From the NCBI GenBank assembly GCA_001687465.1, contig LVLI01000720.1:1-59222 (forward strand): DNA of 59,222 bases, in the 5' to 3' direction. The position numbers were made by a program, and so were the translations under genes. Positions 10,801 to 24,429 of this stretch are shown here, one piece after another. Positions within the stretch are counted from its first letter, which is position 1. Each line of letters starts with the position of its first letter. The notes below the pieces were generated by a model. The model saw only the letters and a program-made list of their open reading frames with translations. It made no database searches and was not told where the DNA came from. The DNA comes from Halocafeteria seosinensis (Eukaryota).

Positions 10801-13800
10801 GAAAGGTGATAGACTCAGGTCTTTCTGGTCCAAACATGGTTATGGATGTCATTGACCTGCTGTGGAAGTATGTCGACAAGATTTTAGCTAATCCTTACGA
10901 CTGGAAACGTTGGAAGATTCCCGAAGCGAATCCCATCTTGAAGGAACGCTTAACAGTCCTGGGTCAAGACGTTTGCGAAAAATGTTTGAACAGTATAGGA
11001 TATTTTTCGCAAATTACTGATGATAGTTTGGGGCAGGTATGCTTCATCTTGAGAGGCACCTCGCTTGAAAGGGATACTGGGAACCAAAGTGAATTTCAGT
11101 TTCCCCGTGTGTCGGAAGAAACCCTACAGCTCCTGTGGCGTAGGAAAGTATCTTTAACAAAAGAGAAAGCTCGTATACGAGGCATTCTTCAGGGAAAATC
11201 TGTCGACATGGAGGTAGCTGGTTCCATCCCTCCCGTTCACGAAGAAGGAACACCTCGGCAGAGTAGTGAAGATAAACGGCCTGTGCAAAAACCCAAATCC
11301 AAAAGTGGACGCGAGGAAAAGGTGCGTTCACGAACACGGAAAGCCCATGAAAGGGAGAGTTCCCCTGCACCGGGCACGTCTGCTCCCGAGAGAAAAACGG
11401 ATCCCGCTACGTTAATGTTTGTGGCTCTAAATCGTATTTCTTTGGCTTCCTCCTTCCTTGGTAACTTGTTTGACCGTAAACAACCCCCGGCAGATGACGG
11501 CACATCTTTCGCCGGTCATGCGCAAAGTGTAGGTGAGGCTTTCAAGGGTGCTTCGAAGAGCAAGATCTCCAATTTCTTTAACACCATTCTCTGCAAACAA
11601 GCTAGCATGATGAAGACAGCGTTTGAGCGCAGGGCGGGTGTATCGAAAGCGCTTGATGGCACTCAGCTATCGCTTATTCTCAGAGACAGTGGTTTTTTCA
11701 ACGATCCTGCAGCTGTGCAGTTTTGGAAAACACGATTGGATGCCGACAACGATGGGCAAGTTTCGCTCTACGACTTCGTCGCATCCAACTATCGCGCATT
11801 TGTGTATCCTTTGTCCCCGGAACTGTCTAGTTTGGAAAGTGAGGCGGAGTTGTACCGACAAATGATCGGGGCGTTAAATGAGGGTGTGTCGGCGTTTGAT
11901 ATTGGCATTGTATCTGCGGCTGGAGTTGCCCGTTTGTTGATGCATCCGGTTAGTTATAGTCGTTTACTGAATGCTGTCGCGGACGCCATAGAAGACATTG
12001 CCGATTCGCCAAGAGACAAACAAAAATGGACAGTTCGGATAAGGGACACCAATACTCAAGCAGCTCGTAGATCCGCCTTAGAGAAAGTGGGGAGAATGGA
12101 AGAAATGATAACGCAATTAAGGAATCCCTCAATTGGTTTAATTTTACGCGCCTGCGGTTTTCTTCCGGAGGGCGTTGACAGCCCCTCTGTCTCCTTATGG
12201 GGTACTCAATGCCAGCAGTGGGTCGTACTGCCAACGTCGGTTATAGATCACTTGAAGCATGCTGCACAGTTGCTTCGTGCACGTAGTATGATAACTCTTT
12301 TACCGGAAACTCCCGACACTGCCTCCGTAGTCGCCGCGGTCCTTTATCTGCGTTACGCGTACTCGATAGCCGACGGCGAAACCACGCGACCTTCAGGCTT
12401 TACTGAGGCATGGAAGAATGCTATTCAATCGTTTTTAAAGTGTTTGGAAAACATCTGCGAGAGTCCAACGGAGCCATTATACCGCCGAATCAACTTGCGC
12501 AATGAGAACTTTCAAAGGAAATTAAGAAGTCTTCCGGGGCCATTGCACCACAGCGTGTGGCCGTACGACCGACCTACAACCGTCGTTAGCAAGCACTCAG
12601 GAGCCGGTGAAGAAGCACCTGTTTCAAATTGGCCCGGATCACTGTTGTTCACCTCGGTGGGCTTTGTTGAAGCAGATAGTAGTACGCTTATTCTGCCCCA
12701 TACCGCAGATCTTCGCGTTTTGGAATCCAGGAAGCTTGAGCTACAACTTTGTCAATACCTTCTAGAGGAACGCTCGGCATCGAAGAAGGAGAGTTCAGTA
12801 TCCGCAGCTAAAACACTCTCCACCGAAATTGCCACTCAAGCGGAAGGGGCAGAAGCTGTTACACTGTCTGAGCGGGTAACGAGTCAACAGCAACTGCTGC
12901 AGCTACTAGCTGAGAAGGACAAAAAGTCGAAAGAGCAATATGAGACTATACGGTCGTTACAGCAGGATGTCAATAGTTTGCGGGAAAGGCTCGACAGAAA
13001 GTTGCCAAGCAGCTACGAAACACTGGTCTTGGAGTCAGAACCACGAAGGAAGCATCATATTAGACGCTTGATGGCCGCAGCTGGTTACGAAACTTCTAAG
13101 AGTGATGAGAGTCCATCTCCATCATCTGGGAAAGGCGCGTCCTTAGAGAGCAGTCCGCAAGGTGGAGATCCGCAGCTGGTCGTAGAAGGACTAACGGGAG
13201 CTCGATTCGTGACACTCTCTACACTGCATTTCACCCCAGGCAAACAAAAAAATGGTAGCAAGGGACGGGGCCAAAAGAAAAAGACAAAAGTCGAGGTGTC
13301 AGAGGATGTACCTCGTAAGATTGAGGCTGGTGTATGCATCACGTTTACTCATCCTGAGAGTAGCGGGATAAAAGAAACTGTGTTTGTTGTTAGTGCCACT
13401 GAGTCAACGTATACTATTGCGTTGGAGAAGCCACTTAGCGTAGACTTCCCAGTTGGCACGAGAGTTACTCCCCTTGCTATCGGCGATGATGACAAAAGAA
13501 CATTTGAAAAGCGTTATATTACCGCTGGCATGAACTCGCTCATACAGTCTACAATTAGCAAAGCAGTTACTACTTCGGCAGCCAAGCAAAGCAGGGGAAA
13601 TGACCCAAGGAAACGCGGAGGCTACCATTCAACGATTTGCTCTTCTTCAAGACTAGCCTCGGTTTCTTGGTCTCTGGAGGAAGAGTCGTTGCCCTCCGCT
13701 TCGATGTCCACTACGGGGGAACTTACTGTATGTGGAAAGGTAAAGGCTATAGAAGTGCAATCAATGGAGGGCGCGTTACACCGCAATGTAATTGGTCTTC

Positions 13801-16800
13801 CTTTTTTCTTGGAAGTCTTTGAGAGCCTTAATGAAGATCTCAACGAATCTTTGGGATGGGACACACTGTTCTCGAGAATGGAAGCTGCTGCACGAAATAA
13901 TAGGGGCAGCCGCGTGATCAACTTAATGAGGTTTGCTGTCGAGGAGGATATACCTCTTCTCGGGTGCTACACTCATACGTTTGCAACAGTATATAGGCAA
14001 CTACTTGAGAGTCGGAGAAGCGAAAGCTCGGCAGCTTCAGGCATTAGACAATGGTTTGAGAACCACCCGAGGGCTACTCCAGTTACCCTTGCCGCCCAAT
14101 TTCGCTGCAATCACTGTCTAGACGATTTGCTCAGTACCGACGAATGCGGAGCTGTTCAGAAGGTCCCAGGGATCTGTGACGAAACCGCCGAATTTTACGA
14201 ACACAACATCACCATGGAAGAGCTTCAGAAGGTTCTTCCTGGCTGCGACAGTATTGGTCTGGCATTTGTAACGGAGGCCTCAATAGAGGTCGAGCTTCTG
14301 GTTATGGAAGTGCATCCCGTGTCTGAGCCCAGGTGGCTGGCATTCAATCCGCAAATTGGTTTAATGTTCCCGACAGATATATGTTGGCAAGCTCTCCGCA
14401 TTTTCATTACTTGGCTCGATGGTGGATCCAGCGGCAGTATTGAGAGGCTCAGAAAAGATTGGTGTAGCGAGGATGAGGCCTTCATCGACTCGCATGCATC
14501 TGAAAACTGCCCGTTGGCGTTTTTGTTAATCGTGCTAAGACGCCTGCTTTTTGAACGTCTTTCCACTCCTCCTCTGTGTAAAGCCCTCCGAGCTGGTCTT
14601 CGCCCCGGTGTTTACACTGGTCTTCGCTTTTTGCTCAGTATTTTTAAAGAGAGTGTCGCACGGGAAGAACCTCACCGCGGAGTGGAACGAAAGACTATGT
14701 TAGATTCAATGCAGGGCTCAACTGTAGGCAGAGCCATGCTCGAGTTACAAGGGGGGGCCCTATTTGATAGCATTAGGTCCCATGCAGGAAGCTATGTGGA
14801 GTGGGAACTTGTGACCTCGTACTATTTGTCGACAGCTTTTAGCCCCGGTATTTGTCGAGTTGCGTTCGAGTCCTCCGCGGCCACCTGTCTGGCGGGAAGG
14901 TTGTTGCCTTCCCTCATTCGTGTACCGGCAGGTGCGACTCACGCAGTATTCGATATACCTCAGGGTAAGCTGGTAGTTCAAGTGGATGCCTGGGGTAACG
15001 TAGTCGCATTTCAGCAATCAACTTGGAGTGTATGTTGGAGACAGCGGTTACATGGCTACGACGAGTCGGAGTACTATATCTGTTGCGGTTCGCCTGAGTC
15101 CAGAGTGGATAGCGTCCAACTAAACCCCTTAGTTGTCATCGGTCAGAGGAATGAACCGCACAACGTATGGGTTCTCAACAGCTTCACGGGCAAGGTTTTG
15201 TACCAGAAAAAAATTGCCTCGGAAGACGGACAGGTCCAAGAAGTACACCAGAGCTGCCTTCGTTTCAACAATTGCCTATTTGCGGAAGCTGGCCATGTCC
15301 TGTTGGCTCATGATAGGCAGAACAAAATACTAGTTAAGTATGATCTACTTTCTGGTAGAGTCACTTGCCGTGCGTTACCTCATATAGTGAAATTTGCATA
15401 CATTCACGATGTGGATCTAGTCATTTATAGTCTGGACCGAAGGGTCGGAGTCTTCCGCTTCCAAGATGGTCGTGGAAATGAAGAGGATGAGATCTTACAT
15501 ACGGCAGACTCAGAGATAGTTGATATTTGTGTGGAGTATATAGGTTCAAGTCTCGTGGTGTGTATAGCAACGGACCGATCCGTAATTATTATGAGGGTTG
15601 TTGCTGGGGGGAATGGAGAACAATTGAGCTTTGAAGTGTTGAGAAATATCTCAACGCGCGTGAGGGTGCGGCAGATAAAATTGTCTGTCCATAGAAACTT
15701 CAAAAAACTAAGTGATGGTGATGCATTTCGCAAAGAGTTAGTGGAAACAAGGTCGAGGCTCAGGGCATTTTTGGGAGAATCAGGCTTACGTGCCCCTTCC
15801 GCTAAGACTGCTTACGTCGGCTTTGTGTTCCACTTTTGCGATGACAGCATTCGAACTGTAGACTTTGCTAGTCTTCGCAAGGACCAACTTGATTTTGCTG
15901 AAGTTGCTATCGCCCCTGCCATTGCTCAGCTACAGTTTGGGAGTGTCACCGATGTACTGTCACAACTTCTGGTAGACTATCCAGGGGTCGTATCGGCTGA
16001 AACCGTCAATGAGTTACTGAATATGTGCTGTTTGAATTCCCATTGCATGAGGGTGCTATTTACCTTGACATGGGATGTACCTGTTTCCATGCTCGATCGA
16101 CATTTTGCTGAGTCCATCAGTGTGCGTCTCTCGGGGAGCAGCTATAAGGAGTTAAAGCACGCTATTTCTATGGAACCTATCTGGTTGAGCCGCTATCTCG
16201 CTAAAGTGATCAACAATATGGTAGACGCAGAAGAGCGACAGGAGAAGTGCTGCTTTGTTGAATCACTTTTTCAACAAGCTAGTGACTGTACTTGCAGTTC
16301 TTCTGACAGCAAATCTTCGCTAAGTACACATGGTCATCATCTTTCTGTCCCGTCACGGAAAAGAGAGGAATCTTTCGCTGTAGTCACCGCTGTAGGAGCG
16401 GAAGGGCTAGAGTGCTTCCTGGTGGGACTGTACGAGTGTATACGGCCTATGTTGACATCTGAAACGGAACTTTGTGCATCTTCATCATCGACAAAACGAA
16501 GGTTTGACAGGGAGATGCTGATCTTTGCAAACCGAAAACGAAGAGAGTTTTCTGTTCTTAATGGCTCTCTACGGAATACTGCCACAGCATTGGGGAGTGC
16601 AACGTCGACTCAGTTCACCAGTTTGTACGCGATCCTGTTCTGGTCTACGCCAAAACTCAATCTTTCACCTGTACTGAGTGCTGTTGAAAACGATGAAAAC
16701 GCATCGTCCGCTGCTCGTTCAATTTTATCCTCATATGGGGTAAACGCCCGTTTAGAACCGAGAAAGGGTGCCTCGACTTCGATGGATTGCGGGAGCTCTC

Positions 16801-19800
16801 TCTGGGACATATTCTGGCTATGTCTCCGTGGAAATAGTGCAGAGGGGCTATTACGAATACCGCCCACTACCCAGGGCCAAATCGATGCGATGGTACCTTC
16901 AGAGACTCTTAATGTACACGGTGTTCACATTGATTACCAGGAGTTGCAGAGAGTGCGATACTTGCTCTCGTTAAGCAACCCCTCCGGTCAGGCCATTGAT
17001 ACTATCAAAAGGTCTAGCAGAGTAATGTCTTGCATTCAGTTGCAGCATAAAGGGCGTCGTTTGGTGCTGAATCCTCTGTACGCCTATTGTGTACAGCGAA
17101 CCGTCCTAGGGTCTCAAGACGGTTTCAATGAGTCGAATGATGCTGATGAAACGACCGGAATTGTTCACTTTGAAACTAAAGTTCTCGATCATATTCGGAA
17201 ACTCAGGAAATTGTTGGTGTCTCCAAAAGAGACTACTCAAGGGATAGTCGATGAGGCTATTCCTCTCGCCTTACAGAGTTTTGATGCGATTTACCGGTGC
17301 ATTTCTGTGGCTTTATTTGGTAGCAACCGCGACGCAATTAACTCTGATGAAGCCTGGGTTGTGGAGCTCCATGAAGCTTCGGCGGATATTGTTGAGGGAA
17401 TCCTGCAACGTCTCATGGATAATATGGCACTGGAAACTCTTGCATGTGTGTTTGTTCGGTTTGTAGCACACGACAGAGTTGGACAGGACAAACCAGTGTC
17501 GATAGCGAATACATACTTGAGAATTACCAGTCTACCTGCTGATCTGCTCTCTAATCCCACGGACAGCTTCGATAAATTGTCGATTCGTCTCAGACGACAA
17601 CTCATAGAGTCGTTTATATCGAGCAACTTGGTGATCTTGGGTAGTCAGCACCCCTCATTTTCCTGCGAGACTGGATGGGATACCGGAGTCGCTTTGTTGA
17701 ATATTCACCAATCGGCGCCCACAGACGCACTTGTAGAGTTGCTCCAACTCCTTCCTGTTTCCCGGGAAGAGGGTGAGGCGCTCTCAGACGCGCTATTTGA
17801 AATGAAGGATTCCAGTCTCATTGTGGAGGATATACTGTTCCCCTTCGCACCGTCTTCGAACTCCACGCACATCCCGACCAGTGGTACTTTTGTTCTTCAG
17901 GCCAGGGAATGGCTCAATGATCGCTTAAGCCAAGTTTACTTAAAGGAAAGCATTGCAGTAAAGGAGGCGTCTTTCAAGGTTCGCATCACATGGACCGGCG
18001 ATTCCGCGGTGGCACTGCGTTCTACTCGCTTCCGAAGTGGAGAAGATGCGCTGGAGTATCTGTGCCGAATATCCTGGAATCTATTAAACGTCACAAAAAA
18101 ACTTTCTACGGAGGAAGCAGCCAGTGCCAAACACGTCAGCTTGGCGGGACAGTTAACCGCTTTGGTGGAAGACAGCGATACGTGCTCCGTTTTGCTGTCA
18201 ACGCTTGCGGTCGGCGAACGCGCCGTCCGTGCCTCCTCCGCCTCGGCCTTGCAGCGACTAGTAACGAGTTTTAGGAATATCATGTCTGTAACTCGATTTT
18301 TGGGTGAATCGGCACATAGTGTTCACGAGCGCACCGAACGACTGCTGGGGCTTCTCGGAGAGGTAGGCTCGTTGTCATCTGTGTGTAGCCGCATCCGCGT
18401 TGCCGTAAGAAACCAGAAAAGTAGCAACATGAATCGTGTTTCTAAGTCTGGTTCCGGAGAAAAGAATCGACAGAAAGAGTTTGACACGAAGGAATGCTTG
18501 GTGGATGTTTCCGACATTCTTGTCTCTGTGTTAAAGAGTGGATACTGCCGTTGTTCTGGTCTGCGACTGCTTGGAATCTCGAGTTTGTTTCACCATGTAC
18601 TATCTTCCCCCGAATTTCCTACCTCTGGTGTTGAAATGTTCACGGGTTTCATTTCTTGGCTACAGAACAATTCTCATCTTGATGACATGTACTCCCACTT
18701 TAGCTCCAACCGTGATATTGTTCAGTGGGCAAAGCAAGCTCGGATGCGTCTGTCGCGAAAGGAAATGATAACTGAAGGAGAAGGAGTTACCGTTTCTGCT
18801 ACATTCCTGAACATGCTGAATGAGAGTGGAATGTCGCAGGTGTTACGACTGGTTATCCCTCGAATTGAAAATATCCATTGTGATTCAGCCAAATATGTCG
18901 TTCTTGTGTCAGACCCTGAGGAAGCGGAATCCTCTTCCGAAGAAGTTCAATTAAATGGTAGAGCATGGAACTCGATGCTGGATTCCAGTGCTACTGGGTT
19001 GGATCTCGGAAGCTCCCTTGACGAAGTATTACCCACTGTGCACCACATATGTGAAGTATGGAGAGTGTGGCTTCCTTCGGAACTGGTGGATATCGTGGAA
19101 GACGCCTCTCGGAAGTTCAAGCTTCGCCTTGTCAACGAGCAGTTCTCCATAGGTTACAAGGACGCTCATAAGCAGACTGTGAGCCGATGTCTTCGTACGA
19201 TCGGTCTGTGCTGGTGGACGGTACTCCTTGCTACAAAGATGGCGATGAATACTCCGCCGGGAACATCGCTGAACGTTTCATGTTTGACCGTGCTCCATAC
19301 ATGGGTTTCTTTTCTTCAGCGAATGGTTCAACAATCGATAAATCACGCTGTGCTGCTCTTGGTTCTACCCCTGTTAACGCATGGAGAGTTAGTCGTTTCC
19401 TCTTCAGATGAAATTGCGCATGATGATGAAACTTCTTCGGAGTATCTGCTAACTCTGACTCCGCGTAACAAGTTCTCTCCGTGGATAACACTGTTATCTA
19501 GTGTCCTCGTTTGCAGAGTAGAGGGGAATCCCTCCGGCGCCTCGCTGCTCATGGAGAGCCAGGCAACTATCTGTCGAATATTTTCTACTCTTGTTTCTTA
19601 TACTACAGCCAGCATCACGTCCAATTCAGCTACTCAAGATATGGAGCATCCTTCGGTATTGACGCAACTTTTAGTAAACGAAGCAACACTTTCAGGGTTA
19701 AGGGTTTCTGATGTTACGTGCCAGTATCTATGGACGGCTGATGAGGTCAGTGATGCGGCTCGTGGTGCCAACCCGGACACCCTTGTGTCGACAATGTTAC

Positions 19801-21623
19801 CTGAAATAACTAACGCTAGAATGCAACTTTTACGGGAGGTTGCTGGGCTTGCTGCAAGCTTTAACTCTAACTTCGGTTCTGAAAATGCTGTGTGGGAGCG
19901 CTGCAAGTACCTCATTCGCACGTTTTTGACGGATGCGTATTCTGAGAATACGGTACGAGCGTTCGTCATGAAGCTCAGCTCTATAGACATGCTTACGACA
20001 GCTTTCTCTTTAACTCCGAGCAACTTCTTCCCGTTCTCCAAAAAGTATCAAGTTCGATTGGACGCTCTGACATCCCTATGGACTCTAACCAAGCCCTTTT
20101 TACATCAATATGTGGATAACACACTCTTTCCTATTCTTATGGGCTCGCTGAATCGATGTTTTTCGAACGAAAACACTATATCCAAGGAGCGCTTCTTAGT
20201 TTGGAAGTACTCTGATAAACAGCTGCATCTCTCCTCAATCGTTGTCCTTAACCTTGTAATGAACGTTGCTGATGATGCACAATTGGCGGAATTGTCAGGC
20301 TATGGGGTAAGCACATCTTTCAATCTCTTTGCGTATAACAGCAATGGGTCCGACGCATTGAGACACTGGAAACGTTGGCTGAGCGACGCACAAAAGAAGC
20401 GCCCCAGAAGATTCGACACCGCGCCAGACGATGAGAGTATCATTAGCACCCAGCGACAGTCTCAAAGACCGCCTCCATCTCTATCGACCCGAGTCCAAGG
20501 CTCTCACTCCTCCCGTTTCGTCGAGATAACTATTGAGTCGGAAGTTGGCTTGGATCTTCCTGACAGTTTCATTTCCTCCATTTTGCAACTGGCTGGTGAT
20601 AGTGAGGCGAAAGCATCGGACATCCGACAGCGAGTAGAATCGAACCACAAGTGTTATTTGCAAATCCCTCCTCTGACGGCGATCAAGTTGCACCGACGCT
20701 TTCGTGACGGCCAAAGCGAGGTGTTCTCCTTTTTAAGACATCTTGATGTTCACAGGGTATTCTTCAGTGGGTTTGCCGAAGGTGAATTCGATATTGCAGC
20801 GGCGACGACCGATAACGGAATTAAAGAGGAGACTGCTCCTTCTACAGATGAATCGCGCCGCGAGGTACTGCCATATTCTCCTCCCTCTCGGAGAGGACTG
20901 AACGGAGTGGAACGTAGTTCCCTGGAGAGTGTTGATGAAGTGATGGAGAGACTTGGTGATAATATAACCTCGGTAAAAGATGCCTTTGATAGGTTGTCCG
21001 CAAATGGAACTACGGTTGCTACCCAACGCGCCAGTGAAGCTTTGGATGATTTTGGGATCCCTGCTCGTGTGTCAATGAAGCACATGAGGGAAATGACGTT
21101 ACCTACAGACCTCTCTTTCCACCACTTTCTTCTTCTTGCTGGGAAGTGTCTGGACACAGTCCACGGGTATGACCGTAAGGTTACCCCAGCTGCTCCGTCA
21201 AGTAATGCAAAGTCCGAAATGGAAACGGTGTCCGCACATGCTCTGAAAGACATGGCAAGATCCGTTCGTGCATTTCAGGACTCCCACAGCAAGCGGCTCA
21301 AAGACGCGGTGGCCGAGACACTGTCCGAATCGAAGCTAGAGAGCTCGAATGGCCGTCGAATGGAGGTAAAATTCCACGAAGTAATGGAAGTGCTTCAAAA
21401 TGTTGATGACAATTCCCTTGGAGAAGAGAAATGCCGTGAGCATGTGCGACAGTGCTACCGCTATTTTGGTCGCCTTATGTCGGAAACCTTGGATGTAGAT
21501 GAATTGAAGTTCTGCGTAAGCGCTTGGCTTCTGTTGCAAGAAAGACAACTCTCTCAGGAAACCCACGTTTCGAAGCAGGGCATGTCGTTGAGTAAAGAGA
21601 ATGATGATGAATTGAAAGAGTGA
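7820..21623 (+). CDS. Giant ~4,520-aa multidomain protein: C2-like, several EF-hand-like pairs, four PUB-like domains, coiled coil, beta-propeller-like region, helical repeats, C-terminal EF-hand-like region. Exons 7820-8159, 8231-8266, 8357-8600, 8678-21623.
   Basis: Introns 8160-8230 (GTGAGT), 8267-8356 (GTACGT) and 8601-8677 (GTGAGT) keep the frame into the 4306-aa ORF. Clearest PUB-like motif is KCLENICESPTEPLYRRINLRNENFQRKL...SVGF. EF-hand loop DADNDGQVSLYD is at 11739. Confidence 0.85.
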
Positions 21624-22079
21624 ACCGGTTGAAATTATGAAATGCTTAGAGTAGAAGCTGTCTCCGGCGGACTGTGGCACTTAGCTTCTTTAATTCCCGA
21701 AAGCCGCATAAAGTGTAGAGGTAATGGTCGGTATCTCGTGGTGCAGCATTTTGTTTGGTAAAGGCGCACATCATTATACGAAAATATGAACAAACTTCAG
21801 AGGAAAGTAACCACTGGATAATACTGGTCCGGGGTAAGGCGCCTGAAGAGTCAGAGCAGGCTCAGCACCTCTGAACTCGACAAGTTGTAGACTGCAAGCA
21901 ACCCTACATTCTTTCCTTCGAGTTTTGCAGCTCATTTTTACATCATCACCTTGTTCGTGTTGTGTCGTGTAATTGTTGATGGTCATTATTTGTTCGCGCG
22001 TGCATACAATACATAAATGCATGTATTTTTTTGAACGAGCGCAATTACCATGTTGAATAGGTGAACTGAGCTCATGACG

Positions 22080-24253
22080 ATGTCTTCCAGGAAACGTGGT
22101 CGATCTGATGAGGGCATTGCACACGAGACTCATGTGCATAAAGACTCCAAGCAGCAGGCCACAGTGCATGTAGATGAAGATAACTCTGATGCCACTCCGA
22201 GGGCGTCGTCATCGTCGTCCACTGTGACGAAACAAGCCTCCAATGGCAGCAAACAGGGGGGACCCAACGAGTTCCAGTTATTGACACAAGATGCCTTGGA
22301 AGCGGTCATTCGGTACGTATTCTTAAAGGCAATAGAGCAAATGAACGAACCAAACGCATGCACGCAAGTGTAGGTAGGAATTGGAGGGGTCGTTCATGCG
22401 GTATCTGGGGTGTTTGGGTGCAGAGTCGCCAATTTGGTGGAACCTCAAGACAAAACCAAGACCAGAAAATACATTGTCGAGCAGCTAAATATGATCGTTC
22501 GGATCTGCTTTGAGGCCATAATGAAAAGCGCTGGGTACTCTGAACAAGCAGCGAAAGATGCAGGAGGCTTTGTTACAACATTTGGTTCGTACAGATTAGA
22601 TGTGCATTCTCCTGATTCGGATATTGATGCGTACGTTTGTTGAATGATCTCGACTCTGTCAGCCTCTCTTTCGTGAGCAATTAGTCACGTGGATTGCGTG
22701 AATTTTAATGCAGAGTTTGCGTCGCTCCATACCAGATATCGAGAGAAAAGTGCTTCAATGCTCTGTCCAAACTCCTCCGCAATCTTTCTGAAGTGGACCA
22801 CGTTCGTGTTCTGAACAAGGCCTTCGTTCCTGTAATAAAATTCCGTATGCTTCATGTTGATGTAGATCTACTTTTTGCTCGACTGGAGTTACCGAAAGTC
22901 GGAGGTGAATCAACGCACTTAAGCGTGAATAGTCCCCTTGTTTTCCGGGCCGCCGTCCACGATTTGAAGAGTGTGCTTTCGTTAAATGGGTGCAGGGTAG
23001 CATCGGCTCTTTTGCGCATGGTGCCGAGTCGAGCGGTGTTCAGAGGGCTACTAAGATACGTTAAAGCATGGGCGAGAGCACGGGGAATTTATGGAAATGT
23101 TCTAGGGTACCTCGGAGGTATCAATTGCGCAATCATGGCAGCTAGAGTATGTCAGCTCTATCCCTCAGCCTCACAACCTGAATTGATCGTAAAGTTCTTC
23201 CAGCTGTATGCTCACTGGACTTGGCCCACTCCTGTGCTTTTGTCGAGAATTCAACAGGAGATGCCGCACGCTCCGCCCGACGAGCCCGAATTACGACAGA
23301 GATGCTCTTTACCACCACGCCCACCGTCCCCAACATTTCGAGTTTGGGACCCCCAATGTCAAGAAGAACCTATGCCACTGGTAACACCAGTCTGCCCTTC
23401 CATGAACAGTGCACATAATGTTTCTGATGATACTCTTCGGAGAATAAATAACGAAGTTCAGCGAGCTGCCCGTCTGTTGAATCGACTGAATTCAGTTCAG
23501 ACCAATTCGATGGCTGCAGGAGAGCGCGATCCCCAGTTTGAGTTTGATACTAGCTCAATGGATCTGAAGGACCCGTTGAGCAACGCTTCTCTAACGTTGC
23601 ATGCTTTTTCTTCTGTTATTCTTCCTATACCTTTTCTATTTCAATACAGGAATTTTCTCGTCGTCGAAGCTACTTCGACATCCGACTCTGAATTCCACAA
23701 GCAATGGATTGGGTATCTAGAAACGAAACTGAGACACTTCGTGGAGAGCATCTGCGTGTTAAACAAGACTGGTGAATGCCCTGTGAGGGCGTATCTGTGT
23801 ACTACCCCTCTTTTTTATTCCACCGAGCAAGAACAGGAGCCAGGAACGTTAAGTGAGTCTCAGAACCTCTATAGTTTCGAAGAAACACTCAGACTTGGTG
23901 CAAAAGAGCACTGGCCATTGCTACGACCGAGTGAAATGGATTCGGATCCGTCGTATGAGAGTGTAACGCATGTTACGAGGTATTTAGTTGGATTACATAA
24001 AGAGAAATCGAATTCAGGAGAGCAACCAGTTACTATTGACCTCAGCGAGCAGGTAAATAAGTTTACGAGCTCTTTAGCAGAGTTCACGCCTCCAGACGAT
24101 CCTGATTCATCGGCTTCTGCAACTTACGACATAGATGTAACCCACCGAGCTCAAGAAGACCTTCTAGGTGACTATCCCTTCACGAGAGCTGTTCATCTGA
24201 TGAAGAGCTCTTTATACTATGAGAAATTGAACGGCAATGGCCAACCCTCGTAG
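22080..24253 (+). CDS. PAP: Canonical-type nuclear poly(A) polymerase. Exons 22080-22312, 22424-22630, 22714-24253; alternative ATG at 22074.
   Basis: Nucleotidyltransferase motif TFGSYRLDVHSPDSDID|AVCVAP is split by an intron. Also AFVPVIKF, VDLLFARL, SLNGCRVA, WARARGIYGNVLGYLGG, RVCQLYP and MPLVTP..PSMNS.HNVS. Confidence 0.93.
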
Positions 24254-24429
24254 GTGTCCCCGAGTCGTAAGGGGTTACTGGAAAAGGGATGTTAAGTAGG
24301 GCAGCGATACCCTTCTGCGTCACTTGGTAGAGACCGACGCCCGACTGTGGCTCTATGGGTGAGTGTCCCTCCCATGACATCGGGCGAGAGAAAGAGGGGG
24401 TCGGCTAGGGATGGGCTTAGCTTTGCGGT

